From contig SVQP01000004.1 in NCBI GenBank assembly GCA_015065285.1, forward strand, positions 18,849 through 82,848: a stretch of DNA of 64,000 bases, read 5' to 3'. A program made the translations under genes and the position numbers. Below the pieces are notes generated by a model that saw nothing but the letters and a program-made list of their open reading frames with translations, had not been told where the DNA came from and did no database searches. Position 1 is the stretch's first letter. Every line of letters begins with the position of its first letter. The stretch comes from Oscillospiraceae bacterium (GTDB taxonomy: Bacteria > Bacillota > Clostridia > Oscillospirales > CAG-272). Positions 16,286-24,721 of this stretch are shown here, piece after piece.

Positions 16286-18433
16286 ATGAATTCCCCCGCA
16301 ATTATCAGTTCTGAAATGAATTTCAAGAATCACAGAGTATTCCACTATACCCTGGCAGGCAGACCTCTGGTTATCGAGACCGGTAAGGTTGCAGGCCTTG
16401 CAAACGGTTCGGTTCTGTGCCGCTACGGTGACACCGTTGTTCTGTGCTGCGCAACCGCTTCCGAAAAGCCCCGTGACGGCATTGACTTCCTGCCCCTCTC
16501 TGTTGACTTTGACGAGAGAATGTACGCTGCAGGTAAGATCCCCGGCGGTTACCTCAAGAGAGAGGGTAAGCCCTCCGAAAAGGCAGTGCTGACCAGCCGC
16601 GTGATCGACCGTCCCATCCGTCCCCTGTTCCCCAAGGATCTGCGTAACGACGTAGCTCTGACCCTGACCGTTATGTCGGTTGACCCCGACTGCGCTCCCG
16701 AGGTTACCGCTATGATCGGTGCTTCCACCGCTCTGGCTATTTCCGATATTCCGTGGAACGGCCCCATCGGCGGCGCTTGGGTAGGCTTGGTTGACGGTGA
16801 GTTCGTACTCAACCCCACCTACGAGCAGCAGAAGAAGAGCGAGATGCAGCTGACCGTTGCAGCATCCATGAACAAGGTCGTTATGATCGAGGCAGGCGCG
16901 AATCAGGTTGACGACAACGTGGTTTACGATGCAATCATGTACGCTCACAAGGAGATCAAGGAGCTGCTCGGCTTTATCAACGCCATCATCGACGAGGTTG
17001 GTAAGCCCAAGTTCGAGTACCCCTCCTGCGAGCTGGATCACGATATGTTTGATAAGGTATTTGCTTTCTGCGAAAAGGACGTGATGTTTGCACTTGATAC
17101 CGATGACAAGACGGTACGCGATGCACGCATGGTTCCGATCAAGGACGCGATTCTCGAGCAGTTCTCCGAGGAATATCCCGAGCTGCCCGGCATGATGGAC
17201 GAGCTGGTTTACAAGATCCAGAAGAAGATCGTTCGTCGTTGGCTGCTGGTTGACAAGAAGAGAGTTGACGGCAGAAGCATGAATCAGATCCGTCCTCTGG
17301 GCGCAGAGGTTGGTGTTCTGCCCCGTACCCACGGCTCGGGTCTGTTCACTAGAGGTCAGACTCAGGTTATGACCATTGCAACCCTTGGCACTCTTTCCGA
17401 GGCTCAGATGCTGGACGGCATTGACTCCGAGACCTCCAAGAGATATATGCACCACTACAACATGCCCGGCTTCTCCACCGGTGAGGCTAAGGCTGTTCGT
17501 TCTCCCGGACGTCGTGAAATCGGTCACGGCGCACTTGCTGAGCGTTCTCTGGTTCCCGTTCTTCCCTCCGAGGAGGAATTCCCCTATGCAATCAGACTGG
17601 TCTCCGACGTCGTTTCCTCCAACGGTTCGACCTCTCAGGGCTCGGTTTGCGGCTCCACTCTGGCACTGATGGATGCGGGTGTTCCGATCAAGGCTCCCGT
17701 TGCAGGTATCTCCTGCGGTCTGATCACTGCTGAGGACGGCTCTTGGGATACCATGATCGACATTCAGGGTCTGGAAGACTTCTATGGCGATATGGACTTC
17801 AAGGTAGCAGGTACTCACAAGGGTATCACCTCCATTCAGATGGACCTCAAGATCGACGGTCTGACCCCCGAGATCATCAAGCAGGCATTCGAGCAGACTC
17901 GTGCCGGCAGAGAATATATCATCGATAACGTACTGCTCAAGGCAATCCCCGCTCCCAGAGCTGAGGTTTCCAAGTACGCTCCCAAGATGACCACCATGCA
18001 CATCGATCCCGATAAGATCCGCGAGGTCATCGGTAAGGGTGGCGCCACCATTCAGAAGATCGTGGCTGACACCGGTGCAAAGATCGACATCGACGATGAC
18101 GGTACCATCCGCATCGCAGCAATCAACGGTGATCAGGCAGAGGCTGCACAGGCTGCTATCGCTGCTATCGTATTCGAGCCTGAGGTTGGCTGCATCTACA
18201 ACGCAACCGTTGTAAAGATCCTTGCAAGCAAGGATAAGCCCAATGAGGATATCGGATGCTTCGTTGAGTACGCTCCCGGCAAGGACGGCATGGTTCACAT
18301 TTCCAAGATCTGCGACAAGAGAATCAACAAGGTGACCGATGCGGGCATTGACGTTGGCTCCGCTGTTAAGGTGAAGTACATGGGTCTGGATAAGAAGGGT
18401 CGTATGGACTTCTCTATCAAGGACGCAAAGTAA
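16286..18433 (+). CDS. pnp: polyribonucleotide nucleotidyltransferase (PNPase)
   Basis: 715 aa. Two RNase PH domains, then KH and S1 domains (GKGGATIQKI..., VKYMGLDKKGRMDFS). Conserved rpsO-pnp synteny. Confidence 0.97.
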   Translation: MNSPAIISSEMNFKNHRVFHYTLAGRPLVIETGKVAGLANGSVLCRYGDTVVLCCATASEKPRDGIDFLPLSVDFDERMYAAGKIPGGYLKREGKPSEKAVLTSRVIDRPIRPLFPKDLRNDVALTLTVMSVDPDCAPEVTAMIGASTALAISDIPWNGPIGGAWVGLVDGEFVLNPTYEQQKKSEMQLTVAASMNKVVMIEAGANQVDDNVVYDAIMYAHKEIKELLGFINAIIDEVGKPKFEYPSCELDHDMFDKVFAFCEKDVMFALDTDDKTVRDARMVPIKDAILEQFSEEYPELPGMMDELVYKIQKKIVRRWLLVDKKRVDGRSMNQIRPLGAEVGVLPRTHGSGLFTRGQTQVMTIATLGTLSEAQMLDGIDSETSKRYMHHYNMPGFSTGEAKAVRSPGRREIGHGALAERSLVPVLPSEEEFPYAIRLVSDVVSSNGSTSQGSVCGSTLALMDAGVPIKAPVAGISCGLITAEDGSWDTMIDIQGLEDFYGDMDFKVAGTHKGITSIQMDLKIDGLTPEIIKQAFEQTRAGREYIIDNVLLKAIPAPRAEVSKYAPKMTTMHIDPDKIREVIGKGGATIQKIVADTGAKIDIDDDGTIRIAAINGDQAEAAQAAIAAIVFEPEVGCIYNATVVKILASKDKPNEDIGCFVEYAPGKDGMVHISKICDKRINKVTDAGIDVGSAVKVKYMGLDKKGRMDFSIKDAK

Positions 18434-18468
18434 TTTTTCGAAATTGAGATTGACGAAAGGAGTTTTCC

Positions 18469-19479
18469 ATGGATAACCAAAGAGCCCCTCGCAATTATTC
18501 CACCGGCAGCGTTAAGCGTGACAACCGTCAGCAGCAGCAAAAGCTGGTCGTGATTCTGATCTGCATCGTCATCGCATTGCTTTTGGTCGTATTCATGACC
18601 ATCATCGGTGCCAAGATCGTCATAGGACTGCTTGATGGCTTCGGCTTTGACAACGCAAACCCCGGTGATGTCATCTACAAGGACATCACCATTGACAAGG
18701 TGCAAACCACCTACGGTCCTCTTGCACTGGTCAATGACTCGCATGAGTACAAGTTCCCCACCGAACCGCTTGGCAACCTGGTCAACATCTGGGATTACCG
18801 TTCTGCTCATGCAAACGGCAACACCCCCTATAAGACCAATATGGATAAGCAGCTGGACGGCACTGCAATGCATGCAGTTCACCAGTGGCTGAGTGATTTC
18901 AACAAGGCAACCGGCAAGGGCGATGCAATCATCGTATCCGCTTACCGTACCGCTGAGGAGCAGGCTTCTTACTCTGTTCCCGTTGGTCAGTCGGATCACC
19001 ACACCGGCTTTGGTGTCACCATCAAGATCTATGACGGCACCAACACCTATGATTTCGACCACGATCCCGAGTATCAGACATGGCTGACTGAAAACGCATA
19101 TAAGTACGGTCTGGTTGTTCGTTATCCCGCTGATAAAACAGAAATCACCCACATCAACGACTATGAGAACTACTTCCATTACGTAGGCTACGGTCCTGCA
19201 AAGTATATGCACGACAATAACCTGTGCCTTGAGGAGTTTGTTGCAACCGTCAAGTCCTACTCTGTGGACAAGCCCCTGGCAGTGACCGATGCAAACAAGC
19301 AGGATTGGCTGATCTATTATGCAGCTTGTGCCGGTGATATCGCAACCATCAAGGTTCCCTCCAACTTCACCTACACCATTTCCGGTGACAATGAAGGCGG
19401 TGTGATCATTTGCGTTTCTCTGTCCAAGACCGCTGTTGAACAGCAGCAGCAGTCCGGTGCCGAAACCGCAGCACAATAA
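18469..19479 (+). CDS. membrane-anchored M15 family D-Ala-D-Ala carboxypeptidase (VanY-like)
   Basis: N-terminal TM segment. Motifs SAYRTAEEQ, SDHHTGFGV and YGLVVRYPADK. Confidence 0.8.
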   Translation: MDNQRAPRNYSTGSVKRDNRQQQQKLVVILICIVIALLLVVFMTIIGAKIVIGLLDGFGFDNANPGDVIYKDITIDKVQTTYGPLALVNDSHEYKFPTEPLGNLVNIWDYRSAHANGNTPYKTNMDKQLDGTAMHAVHQWLSDFNKATGKGDAIIVSAYRTAEEQASYSVPVGQSDHHTGFGVTIKIYDGTNTYDFDHDPEYQTWLTENAYKYGLVVRYPADKTEITHINDYENYFHYVGYGPAKYMHDNNLCLEEFVATVKSYSVDKPLAVTDANKQDWLIYYAACAGDIATIKVPSNFTYTISGDNEGGVIICVSLSKTAVEQQQQSGAETAAQ

Positions 19480-19488
19480 TTCAAAATC

Positions 19489-19525
19489 AAATCAGAGGGT
19501 CTTATGGGATCCTCTGATTTTTTCT
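19489..19525 (+). terminator. rho-independent terminator
   Basis: AATCAGAGG...CCTCTGATT followed by TTTTT. Confidence 0.7.
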
Positions 19526-19694
19526 GAAAAGCTCTATTTGATCACAAGAAAATGTCAATAATGCAAAAATTTCTGCATTACATGCAAAACTGCTCTTTTG
19601 TGCAAAAAAGTTCTTGAAATGGTCAAATTTTAGTCACAATCAAATTGTATACTGAATTAACCGACAACAAATCCCCTGAAAGGAGATTTTCTCT

Positions 19695-20624
19695 ATGAAG
19701 AGAATTCTTGTATATTTGCTGGCAGCGGCTATGCTGCTGACCTGCCTTGCACTGGTTTCCTGCACAGGCGAAACCACCAATCCCGATCAGCCCGGCGGCA
19801 CCAATGCCACCGAAAACAACGGTCCTACGTTGGATGGCATGATCGACTGCTACATCGAGTTCAGCGGTACCTCCTATACCACCACTGATACCTCCGCAGT
19901 CAAGGTTGACGGCTCTGCCCTGACCATCATCAAGCCCGGCACCTACGACCTTTCCGGTACGCTGGATAACGGTCAGATCATCGTCGAGGTCACCAAGGCA
20001 GATCGCGTCACACTGATTCTGAACAACTTCACCGGCTCCAACTCCTCCTCCGCAGTGATCTGGGTCAAGAGCGCGGACAAGGTTTACCTGGAGGTCAAGA
20101 CCGGCACCACCAACACCCTGACCGATGGCTCCGCTTACGTATTTGCAAATCCTGCCGATACCAAGCCCAACGCTTGCATTTATGCTGCTGATGACCTCTC
20201 TATCAAGGGTCACGGCACACTGATCGTCAACGGCAACTACAACAACGGCATTGGCTGCAAGAACGACCTTTCTATCAACAACGTTAAGCTGACTGTCAAC
20301 GCAGTCAACAACGCGCTCAAGGGCAACAACAGCGTCACCATCAAGGGCGATGCCGAGGTGCTGGTTGAAGGCGCTGAGGACGCCATCAAGGCCGATTCCC
20401 TGGACGAGGGTAAGGGCTACGTTACCGTCACCGAGAACGCCAAGGTCACCGTCCATTGCGATGACGACGGCCTGCAGGCAACGCAGAACATCACCATCAC
20501 CACCGGTGCAACCGTTACCACCTACGCAAAGGGCAACAGCGTCAACTGCGATGGCATTCTGACCATCGACGAGGGCTGCCTGATTGAAAACGCAGTCGAC
20601 GGTGCAACCGAAGCTGCACAGTAA
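19695..20624 (+). CDS. lipoprotein with a predicted beta-helix / carbohydrate-binding (Cthe_2159-like) domain
   Basis: Signal peptide plus lipobox (LALVSC). Repetitive beta-strand pattern (ITIKGHGTLIVNGNYNNGIGCKNDLSINNVKLTVNA...). The family assignment is from memory only. Confidence 0.45.
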   Translation: MKRILVYLLAAAMLLTCLALVSCTGETTNPDQPGGTNATENNGPTLDGMIDCYIEFSGTSYTTTDTSAVKVDGSALTIIKPGTYDLSGTLDNGQIIVEVTKADRVTLILNNFTGSNSSSAVIWVKSADKVYLEVKTGTTNTLTDGSAYVFANPADTKPNACIYAADDLSIKGHGTLIVNGNYNNGIGCKNDLSINNVKLTVNAVNNALKGNNSVTIKGDAEVLVEGAEDAIKADSLDEGKGYVTVTENAKVTVHCDDDGLQATQNITITTGATVTTYAKGNSVNCDGILTIDEGCLIENAVDGATEAAQ

Positions 20625-20636
20625 AAATCAAAAAAC

Positions 20637-20671
20637 AAAGAACGCTTTGCATACGCAAAGCGTTCTTTTTT
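20637..20671. terminator. bidirectional rho-independent terminator
   Basis: AAAGAACGCTTTGC-ATAC-GCAAAGCGTTCTTT, flanked by an A-run and a T-run. Lies between convergent genes. Confidence 0.75.
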
Positions 20672-20675
20672 GCTT

Positions 20676-21704
20676 TTATAACTGATCTGCCATGTCCAGG
20701 ATCAGTCGCTCGGTCTTGTCCCAGCCAAGGCAGGGGTCAGTGATCGACTTGCCGTAGTAGCCGTCGCCGATCTTCTGAGCACCATCCTCGATATAGCTCT
20801 CGATCATCAAGCCCTTGACCAAGCCCCTGATATGCTCGGAATGACGGCAGGAGTGCAGGATTTCCTTGGCAATTCTGACCTGCTCTGCCCACTTCTTGCC
20901 CGAATTTGCATGGTTGGTGTCCACCACAACTGCGGGCAGTTTCAGGTCTCTCTTAGCATATTCCTCATAAAGGTGCTCCAGATCCTCATAATGGTAGTTG
21001 GGCAGGGATTGACCGTGCTTGTTGACGTAGCCGCGCAGAATGGCGTGCGCGTAAGGGTTGCCCTCGCTGACGACCTCCCAGCCTCTGTAAAGGAAGGTGT
21101 GCGAATGCTGCGCTGCCGTAATGGAATTGAGCATGACAGAAATATCACCGCTGGTAGGATTCTTCATACCGCAAGGAATATCCAAGCCGCTGGCAACCAA
21201 TCTGTGCTGCTGATTCTCCACACTGCGCGCACCGACTGCCACGTAGGAAAGCAGATCGGAGAGGTAGCGATGATTTTCGGGATACAGCATTTCATCCGCC
21301 GTGGAAAGCCCGGTCTCCTCCAGCACTTTGATATGCAAAGAACGGATCGAAATAATGCCCTTGAGCATATCGGGTGCAATGTTCGGGTCGGGCTGGTGCA
21401 GCATGCCCTTATAGCCGTCACCTACCGTTCTGGGCTTGTTGGTATATACACGCGGAACGATCAGGATCTTATCTTTCACCTGCTCCTGAAGTTTTGCCAG
21501 TCTGCCCACGTAATCCAGCACGGGGGCTTCCGAATCCGCTGAGCACGGACCGATGACAAGCAGCAGCTTGTTGTTTGTGCCTTCAAAAATGCCCTTGATC
21601 TCGGCATCCTTGCTTGCCTTAACGGCAGCCAGCGCGTCTGTGAGCGGATACATTTGCTTGATATCCTGCGGAATGGGTAATTTTCTTTTGAAATTCATGC
21701 TCAT
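20676..21704 (-). CDS. 3-deoxy-7-phosphoheptulonate (DAHP) synthase, class I
   Basis: 342 aa. LLLVIGPCSADSE...IVPRVYTNKPRT...GYKGMLHQPDP is typical of AroF/G/H-type DAHP synthases. It starts 20 nt downstream of pheA. Confidence 0.85.
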   Translation of the reverse strand: MSMNFKRKLPIPQDIKQMYPLTDALAAVKASKDAEIKGIFEGTNNKLLLVIGPCSADSEAPVLDYVGRLAKLQEQVKDKILIVPRVYTNKPRTVGDGYKGMLHQPDPNIAPDMLKGIISIRSLHIKVLEETGLSTADEMLYPENHRYLSDLLSYVAVGARSVENQQHRLVASGLDIPCGMKNPTSGDISVMLNSITAAQHSHTFLYRGWEVVSEGNPYAHAILRGYVNKHGQSLPNYHYEDLEHLYEEYAKRDLKLPAVVVDTNHANSGKKWAEQVRIAKEILHSCRHSEHIRGLVKGLMIESYIEDGAQKIGDGYYGKSITDPCLGWDKTERLILDMADQL

Positions 21705-21724
21705 GGTAACGTATCTCCGACTTT

Positions 21725-22810
21725 TTATTTGGTACTGTAAGAACCGACAAGCTTGAGCTTGTCACACATGGGACTCAGCGCGCGCAGCATTTGCTTGCCG
21801 TTTTCATTGCGCACGTCCCCTTCACACTCCACGTAGAAATAGTAGTTCCACGCGAGATCCTTCATGGGTCTGGAGTGCAGCGAGCGCATATTGTAGCCGT
21901 ATGCGCCAATGATATTGATGGCTTGCGCCAGCGCGCCTGCCTGGTGCTTGACCGTAAACATCAGCAAAAAGCTATCATCGGGGCGGCCTGCGCCCTGATT
22001 TTCGGTGCGTGTAAAGCATGCAAAGCGCGTGGTATTGCCCGCACTCTGATTGATGCCGCGCTCCAGCACCTCAAGCCCGTACAATCTTGCCGCCTGCACG
22101 CTGCCAATGGCTGCCACGTGCTGCTTGCCAAGCTCGGACACAAACTTGACTGCCAGTGCCGTGTTGGAATAAGGGGTACGGATCTCGATCTTATGCTCGT
22201 TCAGATACCCTTCGCACTGCGCCAACGCCTGCGGATGGCTGATCACCTCACGCACATCCTCTGCCTTGGTGCCGGGCAGCACAAGCAAATTCTGCTCCAC
22301 GGCAAGATCCACCGTGCGGTTGAGATACAGTGAACCTGAAAATACCAGATCCATGACCTGACCAACCTCGCCTGCAAAGCTGTTTTCGATGGGCAACACG
22401 CAAACGTCGCAATCCCCTGCCTCCACGGCATGATATGCCGCAATAAAGTCCGCGCAGGAAATATACTCCCCATCGGGATACAGCAGCTCTGCCGCCTCGG
22501 AGGCAAACGCGCCCGGCACGCCACCGTATGCTACACGCATGCCACGAATCAGTCTTTGCTGATAATCGCGAGAGAGCTTCATGGTATAACGCAGGAAATT
22601 GACGTAATACTCACGAAATACGGGGTCCTCCACAAGCGCACTGTTCTGTGCGATCAGCGCGTCTTCCCTGCTCTGATCCAGCACGGGCAACCCCCGTTCC
22701 TTTTTATATTCAGCCACCAGCGCAGCAGCCTCCATTCTCTTGCAGAACAATTTTGCGATCTCGGCATCCACCTCGCCGATCGTTTTTCTTGCTCTTTGCA
22801 GCTTGTCCAT
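21725..22810 (-). CDS. pheA: bifunctional chorismate mutase / prephenate dehydratase
   Basis: N-terminal CM domain (RKTIGEVDAEIAKLFCKRMEAA), a PDT domain, and a C-terminal ACT domain (TTRFACF...FTVKHQAGALAQA). Confidence 0.9.
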   Translation of the reverse strand: MDKLQRARKTIGEVDAEIAKLFCKRMEAAALVAEYKKERGLPVLDQSREDALIAQNSALVEDPVFREYYVNFLRYTMKLSRDYQQRLIRGMRVAYGGVPGAFASEAAELLYPDGEYISCADFIAAYHAVEAGDCDVCVLPIENSFAGEVGQVMDLVFSGSLYLNRTVDLAVEQNLLVLPGTKAEDVREVISHPQALAQCEGYLNEHKIEIRTPYSNTALAVKFVSELGKQHVAAIGSVQAARLYGLEVLERGINQSAGNTTRFACFTRTENQGAGRPDDSFLLMFTVKHQAGALAQAINIIGAYGYNMRSLHSRPMKDLAWNYYFYVECEGDVRNENGKQMLRALSPMCDKLKLVGSYSTK

Positions 22811-22830
22811 GATTCAGAGGACTCCTTTCA

Positions 22831-22900
22831 AAAAAATATTGCAGATACCATAGCATCTGCAAATAAAAATCCGCAGAATGCCCCTCGGGCATTCTGCGGC
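22831..22900 (-). terminator. two tandem intrinsic terminators (candidate attenuator) immediately upstream of pheA
   Basis: T1 is a perfect 13-bp stem, CCGCAGAATGCCC/GGGCATTCTGCGG (22871-22899), followed on the minus strand by AUUUUUAUUU. T2 is UUGCAGAU-GCUAUGGU-AUCUGCAA (22839-22862), followed by UAUUUUUUU and then the pheA RBS. Confidence 0.6.
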
Positions 22901-22920
22901 AAAATTCGATATCGTCAAAC

Positions 22921-22983
22921 TTACGCGGTCAAGAACACCCGGAATCCGAGAAAATAACCGCAATAAAATCGTGTCTTTTGCAT
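22921..22983 (-). CDS. candidate 20-aa Phe/Tyr-rich leader peptide MQKTRFYCGYFLGFRVFLTA
   Basis: Hand-translated. ATG is the complement of 22981-22983, with AGGAG 8 nt upstream; the stop is TAA. It has 4 Phe and 2 Tyr codons in 20. It sits between a consensus promoter and the terminators. Confidence 0.45.
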   Translation of the reverse strand: MQKTRFYCGYFLGFRVFLTA

Positions 22984-23015
22984 GATATTTCTCCTTTCCC
23001 GATGAACTTACCAAC

Positions 23016-23044
23016 ATTATAAACCCATTTTTCCTGCTTGTCAA
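23016..23044 (-). promoter_or_regulatory. putative sigma-A promoter for the leader-pheA-DAHP synthase operon
   Basis: Minus strand reads TTGACA (23044-23039), exactly 17 nt, then TATAAT (23021-23016). The -35 overlaps the murQ stop codon. Confidence 0.55.
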
Positions 23045-23892
23045 GGCTTCTGCGCATTTTTTTGCACGTATGCTACAGCCTCTCGAATATCCGAGCACGC
23101 ATCCAGTGCCTGCTCGGCAAGCTGCGCATCGCATCCGGAAAGCTCGCGGATGATGCGAATACAGCGCAATCTCAGCTTTTGATTGGTGGGGCGCACGTTG
23201 ACCATCAGGTTGCCCATCACTCTGCCGGTTTTGATCATCGCACCGGTTGAGAGCATGTTAAGCACCAGCTTTTGTGCCGTGCCTGCCTTGAGACGCGAGG
23301 AGCCCGTGATCACCTCTGGACCCACCACGGGAGCAATGGTCACGCGGCAGATCGGGTGCATAAGGCTTGCGGGATTGCAGGTCACACCGATCGGCACAGC
23401 GCCCAACTGTGCTGCCGCTTGCAACGCCCCCAGCACGTAAGGTGCTCCGCCCGAGGCGGAAAGCCCTACGACCACGTCGCCTGCCTTGACACCGTCGGCA
23501 ATCATATCTGCCATTCCCTGCTCAGCACTGTCCTCCGCTCCTTCGGACGCCCGGAACATCGCCTGCTTGCCGCCTGCCATCACGCCTCGCACCAGCTCAT
23601 AATCCACACCAAAGGTGGGAGGACACTCCGAAGCATCCAGCACACCGAGTCTGCCCGACGTACCCGCTCCTACGTAGATCAGATGTCCGCCCTGCTCCAT
23701 TGCCTGCGCGATCAGATCAATGGCTTGTGCGATATGCTCGCTCTCTGCTGCTACGGCATCCTCTACCACGCGGTTTTCCTCTGCCATCAGTCGCACCATT
23801 TCAAGAGTTGGCAGCTGATCGATCTCCATGGTGCGCGGATTGCGTGCTTCTGTATTCAAAGATTGATAATCGGGGCGAATTTCACTGCTCAT
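23041..23892 (-). CDS. murQ: N-acetylmuramic acid 6-phosphate etherase
   Basis: 283 aa SIS-domain protein. N-terminus ...LNTEARNPRTMEIDQLPTLEMVRLMAEENRVV and GAGTSGRLG are typical of MurQ. ATGA overlap with the upstream gene. Confidence 0.88.
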   Translation of the reverse strand: MSSEIRPDYQSLNTEARNPRTMEIDQLPTLEMVRLMAEENRVVEDAVAAESEHIAQAIDLIAQAMEQGGHLIYVGAGTSGRLGVLDASECPPTFGVDYELVRGVMAGGKQAMFRASEGAEDSAEQGMADMIADGVKAGDVVVGLSASGGAPYVLGALQAAAQLGAVPIGVTCNPASLMHPICRVTIAPVVGPEVITGSSRLKAGTAQKLVLNMLSTGAMIKTGRVMGNLMVNVRPTNQKLRLRCIRIIRELSGCDAQLAEQALDACSDIREAVAYVQKNAQKP

Positions 23893-24719
23893 GGCAACTC
23901 CTTTGGAATAAACCCTTCAAAAATAATGCCCTCACCGCGCGCCTTTGCCGGAATCTGCTCCTGCGCACGCACCGTCCACACGTAAGCCGGGGCACGATAC
24001 AGATATTTACAGATCATAAACGAGAGATTGTGCACACTCTTCTGCCCGTAAGCCAGAAAATGCGGCTTGGCGAGCACGTTGGTGGCAAGAATGGTGATCA
24101 GGAAATAGAACAACTTATTGCCGCCCTTTTCCTTGAGCAAATTGCTAAACAGCTGTCCGCGCACCACGTCGGGGCGGTTTTTGTAGTACCAGCGCACCAG
24201 CAAGGGGTTAAACGACTCAATCATGTAGGGTCCCTTGTATTGCGAGAGAATCTCGTTTGCCACGGGACAAAGGCTTGTATCCAGGGCGGCGCCCTTAAGC
24301 TCTACGAGCAGTGGCACGCGACCGTCCACCAGCTCCAGAAGCTCTTCGAGCGTAGGAATCTTCTGATCGCTATTAAGCAATCGAAGCTCGCCGAGCTCTG
24401 CCAGTGTTTTGTCCTCAACTCTCCCCTCTACGCCGCACATGCGAATCAGGGTATCATCGTGGAACACCACCACGTGACCGTCACGCGTTTTGTGAATGTC
24501 AAATTCAATACCGTATCCTGCATCCACAGCCTTTTTGAAGGCAGCGAGCGAGTTCTCGGGCGACTTTTGATCCCAAAGCCCTCTGTGTGCAAATTGGGTG
24601 CCGTACACGCTCATATCGATACGGCGCGCAGAGGCAGGCTTGATCAGAATCAGATATACGATAACCAACAGCACCGCAACAGCGGCACAGATCAGACAGA
24701 TGATCAGTTCGGGTGGCAT
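23889..24719 (-). CDS. glycerophosphodiester phosphodiesterase (GDPD) family protein with an N-terminal TM anchor
   Basis: FAHRGLWDQKSPENSLAAFKKAVDAGYGIEFDIHKTRDGHVVVFHDDTL is the GDPD catalytic core. The ATG at 24719 (AAGGAG 8 nt upstream) is preferred over the TTG at 24725. Confidence 0.85.
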   Translation of the reverse strand: MPPELIICLICAAVAVLLVIVYLILIKPASARRIDMSVYGTQFAHRGLWDQKSPENSLAAFKKAVDAGYGIEFDIHKTRDGHVVVFHDDTLIRMCGVEGRVEDKTLAELGELRLLNSDQKIPTLEELLELVDGRVPLLVELKGAALDTSLCPVANEILSQYKGPYMIESFNPLLVRWYYKNRPDVVRGQLFSNLLKEKGGNKLFYFLITILATNVLAKPHFLAYGQKSVHNLSFMICKYLYRAPAYVWTVRAQEQIPAKARGEGIIFEGFIPKELP

Positions 24720-24721
24720 AA

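Noticed and set aside
16262-18298. 678-aa ORF antisense to pnp
   Set aside because: pnp is unambiguous. The antisense ORF is in codon register with it and has non-protein-like composition. It is a shadow ORF.
22814-23134. 106-aa minus-strand ORF covering the murQ-pheA intergenic region
   Set aside because: It overlaps the murQ 3' end out of frame, runs through the promoter, the leader ORF and both terminators, and has no RBS. The 20-codon leader ORF in another frame fits the signals much better.
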